From Kofleriaceae bacterium (GTDB lineage Bacteria > Myxococcota_A > Polyangia > Haliangiales > Haliangiaceae), in contig JBKJLC010000124.1 in NCBI GenBank assembly GCA_046597055.1, positions 1 through 19,840 on the forward strand: a stretch of DNA of 19,840 bases, read 5' to 3'. The stretch's first letter is position 1; each line of letters begins with the position of its first letter. A model generated the notes under the pieces. That model was not told the origin of the DNA and ran no database searches. It saw only the letters and a program-made list of their open reading frames with translations. This document shows positions 1 through 12,704 of the stretch, in pieces. The position numbers and the translations under genes are program-made.

Positions 1-157
1 CATCGACCACCGCAAGTACCCGATTGGCAAGCGCGTGTCGAAGCTCGAGATGAAGGCGCTCAAAATCGAGCCCGACGCCTTCCACGGCGACTGGAACTAC
101 GTCATCCGGCCGCGATCGGCACCGCCATAGTCGTCGACTTATTCACTCGGGGGCCCT
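1..157 (+). mobile_element. Right end of an ISAzo13-family IS; probable terminal inverted repeat at about 138-157, probable 3-bp target duplication TAG at 158-160
   Basis: The transposase stop is followed by CTTATTCACTCGGGGGCCCT|TAG, resembling ISAzo13-type ends as I recall them. The partner IR is outside the window, so the boundary is uncertain by 1-3 bp. Confidence 0.75.
2..130 (+). CDS. C-terminal fragment of an ISAzo13-family (Rhodopirellula-type DDE) transposase, truncated by the window start
   Basis: Frame 2 reads IDHRKYPIGKRVSKLEMKALKIEPDAFHGDWNYVIRPRSAPP*. The YPxGxKV...FHGDWNYxIxP ending is what I recall as characteristic of ISAzo13-family transposases. Not in the ORF track. Confidence 0.88.
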   Translation: MDHRKYPIGKRVSKLEMKALKIEPDAFHGDWNYVIRPRSAPP

Positions 158-209
158 TAGTGCGCGAGAGCGCGAGCCGGCGGGGGCTGGGAGGAATCGA
201 GTGCTTCAT
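158..209 (-). pseudogene. 5' part of a second RiPP-precursor-like gene (MKHSIPPSPRRLALSRT...), interrupted by the IS
   Basis: Minus strand reads GGAGacccagATG AAG CAC TCG ATT CCT CCC AGC CCC CGC CGG CTC GCG CTC TCG CGC ACT A, then IS sequence. SD-like GGAG present; RRLALSRT resembles KRIALSLKRTT of the neighbouring precursor; upstream elements are shared with that gene. Confidence 0.65.
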
Positions 210-282
210 CTGGGTCTCCGGTGTCGTGGGCCGTGACTGCACCAGAGCGGTTGGCAGTCATGGGTAGAGTGGAGACGCTTGG

Positions 283-298
283 TGCAGCTATCACGCCG
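283..298 (-). promoter_or_regulatory. Putative sigma54 -24/-12 promoter for the interrupted precursor gene
   Basis: Minus strand CGGCGTGATAGCTGCA has GG-N10-GC spacing and resembles TGGCACG-N4-TTGCW; it ends about 74 nt upstream of the ATG at 209. Confidence 0.55.
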
Positions 299-387
299 TC
301 GGGGCGACCCGTGCAGCCGCCTACACATCCGACGGGTTCCCCCGCTCAACGTACGACCGCGTCGGGCGCTGACGCCCCGATCAGCGG

Positions 388-402
388 TCGGATTGCGCAA
401 TC
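388..402. promoter_or_regulatory. Palindromic operator or enhancer-like site
   Basis: TCGGATTGCGCAATC contains the perfect 12-bp palindrome GATTGCGCAATC (391-402); 14/15 identical to 863-877. Confidence 0.55.
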
Positions 403-494
403 GGGCCGGTCGGACTGTGCACCACGATGCGCGAGTCGAACGTGGCTGCACCCGCTTGGATCCGCCGCTGCACGGCTGGAACCCGGCCGCCCGG

Positions 495-713
495 TCAGCG
501 GGGCGCGCCTCCGCCACCACAGTTCGAGGTCACGTGCGCCGGGACGTAGTCAGGCGGCCCGCCTTGGGCGCATACCGCCGCCACCTTGGTCTGCCTGATG
601 GGGAGGGCGGTCGGCGAGTGGACTGGTCCGCAGCCGCCGGCGACGTGGAGAATCTGGGCGTTGCTCAGATCGCGCAGCGTGGTGCGCTTGAGGGATAGGG
701 CGATGCGCTTCAT
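495..713 (-). CDS. Putative RiPP precursor peptide, 72 aa, with double-glycine leader
   Basis: AAGGAtccccATG start. Leader MKRIALSLKRTTLRDLSNAQILHVAGG (27 aa, basic LxLxRxTLRxL motif, VAGG cleavage site). Core CGPVHSPTALPIRQTKVAAVCAQGGPPDYVPAHVTSNCGGGGAPR (45 aa, 3 Cys, 5 Ser/Thr). The ORF track starts 19 codons earlier, at 770. Confidence 0.75.
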   Translation of the reverse strand: MKRIALSLKRTTLRDLSNAQILHVAGGCGPVHSPTALPIRQTKVAAVCAQGGPPDYVPAHVTSNCGGGGAPR

Positions 714-756
714 GGGGATCCTTGAGCGGCGTTCGGGGTGGCCGTGAGTGAAGGAG

Positions 757-774
757 GCAGCTCGTATCACGCCC
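757..774 (-). promoter_or_regulatory. Putative promoter element (possibly sigma54) for the intact precursor gene
   Basis: Minus strand GGGCGTGATACGAGCTGC shares GGCGTGATA and GCTGC with 283-298. GG-N10-GC spacing is possible, but the -12 match (GAGC) is weak. Confidence 0.4.
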
Positions 775-862
775 CAGGGCCGGCTGCGGCGCTGAAGCGA
801 CGCAAGCGCTCACAGGTAGAGAACCGAAGTGCGCAAGACGTCACCAGCCAGTCGCCGCTGAC

Positions 863-877
863 TCGGATTCCGCAATC
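863..877. promoter_or_regulatory. Near-palindromic operator or enhancer-like site
   Basis: TCGGATTCCGCAATC, one mismatch to 388-402 and at nearly the same distance (98 vs 99 bp) from the TATCACGCC element. Confidence 0.5.
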
Positions 878-911
878 TCTGCGGGATGTTGCGTGGTGGC
901 GTGGAGTCCGG

Positions 912-6101
<5,190 letters not shown>

Positions 6102-6187
6102 TTCTCGCCGGCTCCGGTCGCGCGCGCGGCAACCGTGCGGTGGCAACTTTGCGACCGATGGCCCGGCGACGGCCAGCTCCTCCGCGG

Positions 6188-7432
6188 TCAGCGCCCGCCG
6201 CGGCCGTGCGTCCCGCCGGCGCCACCCGGCCGCGCCACCGGCAACCCGGCCGCGGTCACCAGGCTCTCGTCCTTCGTCCGGTCGCCGACCTCGACCGCAT
6301 CGAGATCATCGGGCGGCGCGGCGGTCATCAGGACCCGGAACGAGGTCCCCTGGCCCGGCGACGAGCTGACCAGGATGTTACCGCCGAGCTGCTTCACGAT
6401 CCCGTACACCACCGACAGCCCGAGCCCGGTGCCCTTGCCGATGGGCTTGGTCGTGAAGAACGGGTCGAAGATGCGGGCCATGACCGCGTCGTCCATGCCC
6501 GTCCCGGTGTCGCTCGCGACCAGCTCGACATAGTGGCCGCTGGCGGGCAGGTCCAGCGCGAACGCCTCGGTCCGTGACAGCATGAGCTCGCGGGCCCGGA
6601 TCGACAGCCGACCGCCGTCCGCCGTCGCGTCGCGGGCGTTGAGGATCAGGTTGAGCAGCACCTGGTGCAGATCGCCGGCCGAGCCGATCACGGCGAGGTC
6701 GCCAGCGATCTCGACCTCGAGCGTGATGCCGGGAAACGTACGCCGCGCCATCGCCGTGGTCTCTTCGATGATCGCGCTCACGTCGAGGCGGGTCGCGTCG
6801 GGCGCCGGATCGGTCCGCCCGAAGTGCATCAGGCGCTCGACGATCGCGCCGCCTTGCGCGATCGCGGTGCGCATGTCGGCCACCGCGGCTGGGTCAGGCG
6901 CACCCTCGGCCTCGGCCAGGAAGTCGACGTTCATCTGCAGCACGGTGAACAGGTTCTTGAAATCGTGAGCGAGCGAGCCCGCCAGCGAGCTGAGCGCCTG
7001 CAGCTTCTGGATCTGCTGGACCCGCTCGGCCAGCTCGTCCTGCTGCACGTACGAGAACAGGCTGCCGCCGATCTGCACGTGGTCATCCGGCTGGAGCCGA
7101 TGGTGCGTGATCCGCTCGACGTTCACGAACGTGCCGTTGGTGCTCCCCAGATCCTCGATGGCGAGGCCGTCGCCATCCGCGACCACCCGGGCATGGCGAC
7201 GCGAGACGTCGGTCCCTTCGAGGAAGATCTGCAGATCGGGGTCGCGACCGATCTCGGCAGGGAGCCGGTCGAGGCGGTAGACCCGACCGACCTCGGGGCC
7301 CGCGACGCAGACCAGTCGTCCCTCCACAGGTCGCCGGACCAACGCCTGGTCGCGGCGGGTTGGCATCTTGCCGACCGAGGTCGCCTCCGGCTCCGGAGCG
7401 TCCACCTCGGAACGTTTCACGCGTTCCGCCAT
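6188..7432 (-). CDS. FHA-domain histidine kinase (FHA-HisKA-HATPase_c)
   Basis: FHA motifs IGR, VSRRHA, DLGSTNGTFVN. H-box LAHDFKN; N-box QVLLNLILNARDA; G1 DTGTGM; F/G2 FDPFFTTKPIGKGTGLGL. Confidence 0.93.
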   Translation of the reverse strand: MAERVKRSEVDAPEPEATSVGKMPTRRDQALVRRPVEGRLVCVAGPEVGRVYRLDRLPAEIGRDPDLQIFLEGTDVSRRHARVVADGDGLAIEDLGSTNGTFVNVERITHHRLQPDDHVQIGGSLFSYVQQDELAERVQQIQKLQALSSLAGSLAHDFKNLFTVLQMNVDFLAEAEGAPDPAAVADMRTAIAQGGAIVERLMHFGRTDPAPDATRLDVSAIIEETTAMARRTFPGITLEVEIAGDLAVIGSAGDLHQVLLNLILNARDATADGGRLSIRARELMLSRTEAFALDLPASGHYVELVASDTGTGMDDAVMARIFDPFFTTKPIGKGTGLGLSVVYGIVKQLGGNILVSSSPGQGTSFRVLMTAAPPDDLDAVEVGDRTKDESLVTAAGLPVARPGGAGGTHGRGGR

Positions 7433-7651
7433 TCAGAGCCCCGTGAAGTGCAACCGTCATGCCTCCCGACCTTCATGCGTGATGATGGTAACCCGCCGGA
7501 CTACTTGTGAACGAGGCGTCCGGGGATCGGACAACCGCCGGCCGTGGGCGAGCGTCTGCGCATGGCGAGGCGCAGGAGCGCCACGGCGGGCCCACGATCC
7601 CAGGCGCCGGGATGCCGGGTCTGGCGGCCAGGGTTATGGTCGCCGGACGCC

Positions 7652-8494
7652 ATGCAGCCCGACCCATCCGTCAACGTCACCACGGCGCGCCTACCTCTCC
7701 ACACCGGCGGCGCCATCCCGATCGTCGGTCTCGGCGTGTGGCAGACGCCGCGTGGCGAGACCACACGGGCCGCGGTCGAGGCCGCGCTGCGCGCCGGCTA
7801 TCGCCACGTCGACACCGCGCGCATCTATCAGAACGAGGTCGACGTCGGCGAGGCGATCCGCAGGAGCGACGTGCCGCGCAGCGAGGTGTTCGTCACCACC
7901 AAGCTGTGGAACGACGACCACGGGTACGACGCGGCCCGGCGCGGGTTCGACGCCAGCCTGGCGCGGCTCGGCCTCGACTACGTCGACCTGTACCTGATCC
8001 ACTGGCCGGTGCCCGGGCGCCGGCTCGAGTCGTGGCGCGCCCTGGAGGACCTGGCCACCGAGGGTCGCGCGCGGGCGATCGGCGTGAGCAACTACCTGCC
8101 CCGCCACCTCGACGAGCTGGCCGGGTCGGCCCGGGTGTTGCCCGCGGTCGATCAGGTCGAGATCCATCCCTTCCTCCAGCAGCGCGAGACCCGCGCCTGG
8201 TGCGCCGCGCACGGCGTGGTGGTCGAGGCTTACAGCCCGCTCACCAGCGGCGAGCGCCTGGATCATCCGGCGATCGGGGCGATCGCCCGCCGGGTCGGCC
8301 GTAGCCCGGCGCAGGTGATGCTGCGCTGGGCCGTGCAGCACGGCCTGGTGGTCCTGCCCAAGTCGGTGCGCGCGGAGCGCATCCGCGAGAACGCCGCGCT
8401 GTTCGACTTCGCGCTCGACCCGGCCGCGATGACCGCCCTCGACGGCCTCGAGGAGGGGTTGGCGACCGGCTGGGATCCGCGAACGCAGCCGTGA
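7652..8494 (+). CDS. Aldo/keto reductase (2,5-diketo-D-gluconate reductase-like)
   Basis: GLGVWQ, GYRHVDTARIY, VFVTTKLWN, DLYLIHWP, AIGVSNY, AYSPL, VLPKS motifs. Start set at ATG 7652 because the upstream extension does not look family-like. Confidence 0.93.
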   Translation: MQPDPSVNVTTARLPLHTGGAIPIVGLGVWQTPRGETTRAAVEAALRAGYRHVDTARIYQNEVDVGEAIRRSDVPRSEVFVTTKLWNDDHGYDAARRGFDASLARLGLDYVDLYLIHWPVPGRRLESWRALEDLATEGRARAIGVSNYLPRHLDELAGSARVLPAVDQVEIHPFLQQRETRAWCAAHGVVVEAYSPLTSGERLDHPAIGAIARRVGRSPAQVMLRWAVQHGLVVLPKSVRAERIRENAALFDFALDPAAMTALDGLEEGLATGWDPRTQP

Positions 8495-8560
8495 GCCGGC
8501 CGCGGCCGCCCGATCGAAAGGGAGGTGGGAAGCGACGGCTTCACAGCCCCGAACCTGGCG

Positions 8561-10588
8561 TCAGCAGCGCTCGAGCCGCAGCCACTGGAAGCGGGTGGCC
8601 GCGTCCAGCTCGACGTAGAAGTCCCACTTGAGGTCGCGGCCGGGCCGGCAGGTGCCGAGGGGTCGACCGGACAGCACGTCGACCAGCCGGTAGCCGAGAT
8701 CGTCGCGCAGGCCGATCGTGTCGGCGAGGCCGGTCGGTACGTAGTAGCTCTGGGCGACGTGGCGCGGCCACAGGTTGTGGAACGTGAACATCACGTTGCC
8801 GTCGTCGCTCCACCGCACCTGCGCGAAGATGCGGCCGTCGACACCGGGCCACCGGCGGGTCGGCAGCACCGCGTGGTGACCGCTGCGCAGCGCGCGGTTG
8901 GCGTCGGCGCGGCGGGCCCGGTGGATCGCGCCGTAGTAGTCGACCAGCGCGTCGGCGTCGGCGCGATGGCCGAGGTCGCCGACGAAGCGGCTGCGCAGGT
9001 AGTCGGAGCGGCGGAAGCCGAGCTGCCAGGTCTCGCCGAACTCCTGGCCCATCAGCGTCATCGGGACCCCGCCGGTGGCGGCCCCGATCGCCCAGAAGCC
9101 AGCGCCGGTCCAGGCGTCGAAGCCGGTGCCGTCGAGCAGCCGGCGCTCGTCGTGGGTCTCGAGCGCGGTCATGACCAGCGTGTCGCCAAAGCGATAGGCG
9201 TTGTCGACCACACCGTTGACGCGCCAGGCGTCCTTGGTCTGGCCGTTGCGCGCGGTCAGGTCGCCGACGTAGCCCTCGGTCATGAGATCGACCTCGGGGG
9301 CCATGCCGCCTTGATCGTGGAACTCCTCGGCGAGGAACACCGGGCGAGGCCGGCCCCGGCGCGCGTTGTAGTAGGCGACCTTGCCGATGACGTAGCGCCA
9401 GGTCTCGGGGGTCAGGCCGCTGAACTCGTCGGTGGTGTGGTCGAGGCGAAACCCGTCGACGCCGCGCGCGGCCCAGTAGTTCACCACGCGAAACACGTAC
9501 TCGCGGTTGCGGATCATCTCGTGGCGATGCGCGGCGTTGTCGGTGCGGTGATAGAGGAACTTCACGTCGCGCCAGCTGTTGTGGCCATCGCCGGCGAAGT
9601 TGTCGCCGGCGCGCCGCGACGGCTGCCAGCGGTCGTTGCTCAGGTAGAAGCCGGGGGCGGCGTGCTCGAGCGAGGGCGCCTGGCAGTCCATGGCGGCGCG
9701 CTCCCAGTCGAGCGCATCGCGCCACATCCCGTGGAACCGCACCAGCGCGTCGCCGGACAGCGCGGGGCAGCGCTGGCGGAGCTCGGCCCGCGCCTCGGCC
9801 GGGATCTCGTCGGGCCGATCGATCACCTCGGGTGTCACCAGCGCCGGATCGAAGCTCGCGTCGTGATCCCACAGGACCCCGAGCTCCTCGCCGTCGGCGA
9901 TCCGGTCGCGGACCGGCCGGTGACCGCCGGTGTCGTAGAACAGGTAGTTGTGGCCGAAGTGGTTGAAGGCGACGTCGAGCATCACCTTCAAGCCGCGCCG
10001 GTGCGCGTCCGCGATCACGGTGTCGAGCGCGGCATCGCCCCAGCACGGGGTCGGTGAGGCCTCGTCGCGGCCGGCGGCGATGCAGGCCCGCGACAGCGAG
10101 GCGGCGACGTGGAGGTAGTCGCGGACCGCGTACGGCGAGCCGATGTTGTCGCAGGCGTCCGGCAGGCTCCAGGTGTCGTTGTTGGGGAACGGCGGCATCA
10201 GCCACACCGCGTTGGCGCCGACCCGCTCCTGCACGTAGCGCAGCGTGATGCCGGCCCGGAAGTCGGCGGTGTTCTCGAGCAGGTCGTCGAGCGTGCCGAG
10301 CCGGATCCGCTCGAGGTCGGCCGCGATCGGACAGCGGGTGCCCTCGGCGTGGTAGCGGACCTGCGGCGCCGGTCGCGCCAGACAGGCGGCGCGCTGCCAG
10401 GGCGCGCCGGCGTCGGGATGACACGCGTTCGCGGTGCGGGCCTGGATCTCGTAGAGCGACCAGTCGCGGGCGTCGGTGTCATGGCGGATCGTCTGTTCGA
10501 CGAGCGACTGATCGAGCGGCTCGACGAAGCAGCCAGCGATCAGCACGGGGAAGAAGCGGGGGAGACAGCGAGGGAGGCTCGGGGACAC
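8561..10588 (-). CDS. Alpha-amylase family (GH13) glycoside hydrolase, probable lipoprotein
   Basis: GH13 conserved regions DVAFNH, GVDGFRLDH, FLAEEF, ETHDE; also VWLMPPFP and SPYAVRDY. Candidate lipobox LIAGC about 20 aa after GTG 10588. Start inferred. Confidence 0.85.
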   Translation of the reverse strand: MSPSLPRCLPRFFPVLIAGCFVEPLDQSLVEQTIRHDTDARDWSLYEIQARTANACHPDAGAPWQRAACLARPAPQVRYHAEGTRCPIAADLERIRLGTLDDLLENTADFRAGITLRYVQERVGANAVWLMPPFPNNDTWSLPDACDNIGSPYAVRDYLHVAASLSRACIAAGRDEASPTPCWGDAALDTVIADAHRRGLKVMLDVAFNHFGHNYLFYDTGGHRPVRDRIADGEELGVLWDHDASFDPALVTPEVIDRPDEIPAEARAELRQRCPALSGDALVRFHGMWRDALDWERAAMDCQAPSLEHAAPGFYLSNDRWQPSRRAGDNFAGDGHNSWRDVKFLYHRTDNAAHRHEMIRNREYVFRVVNYWAARGVDGFRLDHTTDEFSGLTPETWRYVIGKVAYYNARRGRPRPVFLAEEFHDQGGMAPEVDLMTEGYVGDLTARNGQTKDAWRVNGVVDNAYRFGDTLVMTALETHDERRLLDGTGFDAWTGAGFWAIGAATGGVPMTLMGQEFGETWQLGFRRSDYLRSRFVGDLGHRADADALVDYYGAIHRARRADANRALRSGHHAVLPTRRWPGVDGRIFAQVRWSDDGNVMFTFHNLWPRHVAQSYYVPTGLADTIGLRDDLGYRLVDVLSGRPLGTCRPGRDLKWDFYVELDAATRFQWLRLERC

Positions 10589-10601
10589 GCGCTCGGCGCG
10601 G

Positions 10602-10617
10602 TGCAGTGACCATGCCG
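10602..10617 (-). promoter_or_regulatory. Putative sigma54 promoter for the GH13 gene
   Basis: Minus strand CGGCATGGTCACTGCA (GG-N10-GC). The palindrome GTTGCG-AGA-CGCAAC lies upstream at 10669-10683. Confidence 0.45.
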
Positions 10618-10758
10618 CGCGAGCGCACACGCGCGCCACGCCCGGTCGCGGTGTTGCGCACCGCGAGGGTTGCGAGACGCAACGGGGTGGCGACCCGGGC
10701 TTCGTCACGCGCCGCCCCCGGTTGCCGCGATCCCTGAACCAAGCTCCGAACGGTGGGC

Positions 10759-11466
10759 TCAGGACGGACCGGGGAGCGCCGCCGCGGGCGCGCCGAGCAC
10801 CGGCGCGAGGAACTGTTCGAGCTCGGTCAGGATGGTCGGCAGGGTCGCGTGCAGATCGTGGCCGTCGTCGAGCTCGACCAGCCGCACGTGCCGGCGCCCG
10901 GCGGCGAAGCGGCGCGACAGCTCGACCGGCACCACCTCGTCGCCGACGCCGTGCAGGATCAGGGTCGGCACCCGCAGGTCGGGCCAGCCACCATCGTCGC
11001 CACGGGCGGCGTCGATCACCGCCGCCTCGCGCGCGAAGTCGGCGTGGATGCGCGCGCCGCCGCCGGTCGCGTGATCGGCGACCTCGATCCAGCCGTGGTC
11101 CATCCAGCGCTGCCAGGCGTCGTCGCCCAGCCGCGCGCGCCAGCGCTCGACGAAGTGGAACGCCGGCGCCAGCAGGACCAGCGCGCACACCCGCGGCTCG
11201 TCCTCGGCGAGCCGGGCCGCGGTCAGCCCGCCCAGGCTGGAGCCGATCACCACCGCGCGATCGCGAGGCCCGCCGATCGCGGCGCGGGCGACCGCGAGCA
11301 TCGCGCCGACGCTGAGCCGCTCGATCGACGGCACCCGCAGGTCGAGACGCTCGACGGTGGCGCCGTGGGTGGCCAGCGCGGTGGCGACCGCGACGCCCTT
11401 GCGCGAGTCGGGCCCCGAGGCGAAGCCGTGGAGATAGAGGATCCGGGGTGCGCCCGGGCTGGCCAT
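10759..11466 (-). CDS. YqiA/YcfP-family alpha/beta hydrolase (esterase)
   Basis: ILYLHGFASGPDSRKG, nucleophile elbow GSSLGG, LHGVGDEVVP, DDGH. Alternative GTG start at 11472 overlaps the upstream stop. Confidence 0.9.
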   Translation of the reverse strand: MASPGAPRILYLHGFASGPDSRKGVAVATALATHGATVERLDLRVPSIERLSVGAMLAVARAAIGGPRDRAVVIGSSLGGLTAARLAEDEPRVCALVLLAPAFHFVERWRARLGDDAWQRWMDHGWIEVADHATGGGARIHADFAREAAVIDAARGDDGGWPDLRVPTLILHGVGDEVVPVELSRRFAAGRRHVRLVELDDGHDLHATLPTILTELEQFLAPVLGAPAAALPGPS

Positions 11467-11468
11467 CG

Positions 11469-11717
11469 TCACGTGTCGCCTCGCGCCTGCCGGGCGCGGT
11501 CGCGCAGCATGAACAGGTACAGGCCCTCGACCTTCTCGCGCGCCCACGGCGTCTTGCGCAGGAACTTGAGGCTCGAGCTGATGCTCGGGTCGATCGAGAA
11601 GCACTTGATGCGGATCCGCTCGCCCAGATCGGGCCACCCGAAGTGCGCCACCAGCTCGGTGAGCATCAGCTCGAGCGTGATGCCGTGCAGCGGGTTGTGG
11701 TGCTGGGGCGGGGTCAT
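11469..11717 (-). CDS. VF530-family (DUF2132) small putative DNA-binding protein
   Basis: [21 protein letters not shown]...[27 protein letters not shown] signature; GAGG upstream of the ATG. Confidence 0.92.
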   Translation of the reverse strand: MTPPQHHNPLHGITLELMLTELVAHFGWPDLGERIRIKCFSIDPSISSSLKFLRKTPWAREKVEGLYLFMLRDRARQARGDT

Positions 11718-11760
11718 GGCCCATCCTCGCATCTGGCGGCCGCGACCGCGCGCGGGGCGG

Positions 11761-12219
11761 TCACGGCCGGCGCCGCCGCTGCTGGCGATCAGTGAGGTAG
11801 CGCTCCACGCTGTAGCGGCCGGTCTGGTGGGTGATGAGGTGCACGCAGACGCCGAGGAGGCACAGGTTCTTCACGAAGTTGCTGCGCTGGTACATCTGCC
11901 ACAGGTCGCGCGCCTCGGGCGCCACGCTCGCCGGGTGACCGACCAGCCCCGGCCCGTGGACCAGCGCGGTCACCGTCACCAGGAAGCCCGCGAGCACCGC
12001 GGCGCCCAGGTGCACCTTGAAGCCGAGCAAGATCGAGCAGCCGCCGGTGAGGAGGACCACGCCGGCCGCCACCGACACCAGCCGCTTGGCGCCGATCCAG
12101 TCGGGGATCAGGCCCTGCAGCAGCTGGTCGGACAGCAGGTGCTCGAGCCCGAGTCCCACGAAGATCGTGCTGAACAGCCCGCGGAAGATCAGATCGGACA
12201 GGTCGTCGTCGATGCGCAT
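11761..12219 (-). CDS. DoxX-family membrane protein
   Basis: Several hydrophobic helices, early [17 protein letters not shown] and FVKNLCLLG pattern. Confidence 0.82.
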   Translation of the reverse strand: MRIDDDLSDLIFRGLFSTIFVGLGLEHLLSDQLLQGLIPDWIGAKRLVSVAAGVVLLTGGCSILLGFKVHLGAAVLAGFLVTVTALVHGPGLVGHPASVAPEARDLWQMYQRSNFVKNLCLLGVCVHLITHQTGRYSVERYLTDRQQRRRRP

Positions 12220-12248
12220 GGCGATACCGGCACGGCCGCCGCACCCGC

Positions 12249-12704
12249 TCAGGCCGGCGGGTCGCGCACGACCAGCGGCTGGCCCTCGTCGACGAAGCTG
12301 AGCGACGCCGAGTTGAGGCAGTAGCGCAGGCCCGACGGTCGCGGCCCGTCGTCGAACACGTGGCCGAGGTGGCCGTCGCAGCGCGCGCACCGGATCTCGG
12401 TCCGCCGCATGCCGTGGCTCTCGTCGACGATCGAGCGCACGTGGGCCGGATCGAACGGCGCGAAGAAGCTGGGCCAGCCGGTGCCCGACTCGAACTTGGC
12501 GTCGGAGCGAAACAGCGGCAGCCCGCACAGGCGGCAGCCGTAGGTGCCCGCCTTCTTGTTGTCGAGGAACACGCCGCAACCCGGCCGCTCGGTGCCGTGT
12601 TGCAAGATCACGCGCCGCTCCTCGGGCGCGAGGTCGGTGGCGAGCGCGTCGATCTGGGCCTCGCCGAGGCGAGTGAGGTCGTAGCCGGACGCCGAGCGGA
12701 TCAT
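12249..12704 (-). CDS. msrB: Peptide-methionine (R)-S-oxide reductase
   Basis: GTERP, CRLC and CARC zinc pairs, [22 protein letters not shown], catalytic RYCLNS. Confidence 0.96.
   Translation of the reverse strand: MIRSASGYDLTRLGEAQIDALATDLAPEERRVILQHGTERPGCGVFLDNKKAGTYGCRLCGLPLFRSDAKFESGTGWPSFFAPFDPAHVRSIVDESHGMRRTEIRCARCDGHLGHVFDDGPRPSGLRYCLNSASLSFVDEGQPLVVRDPPA

Noticed and set aside
206..520. 104-aa minus-strand ORF with six Cys, as another precursor
   Set aside because: Arg-rich, no leader motif or RBS, overlaps the precursor gene end and the regulatory elements; several Cys codons come from the TGCA-containing hexamers.
8525..10424. 510-aa and 627-aa ORFs overlapping the GH13 gene
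   Set aside because: Antisense and off-frame shadows caused by scarce stop codons in high-GC DNA.
10589..11188. 200-aa N-terminal extension of the GH13 ORF
   Set aside because: Overlaps the YqiA hydrolase gene and the putative promoter; a signal peptide appears only after 10588.
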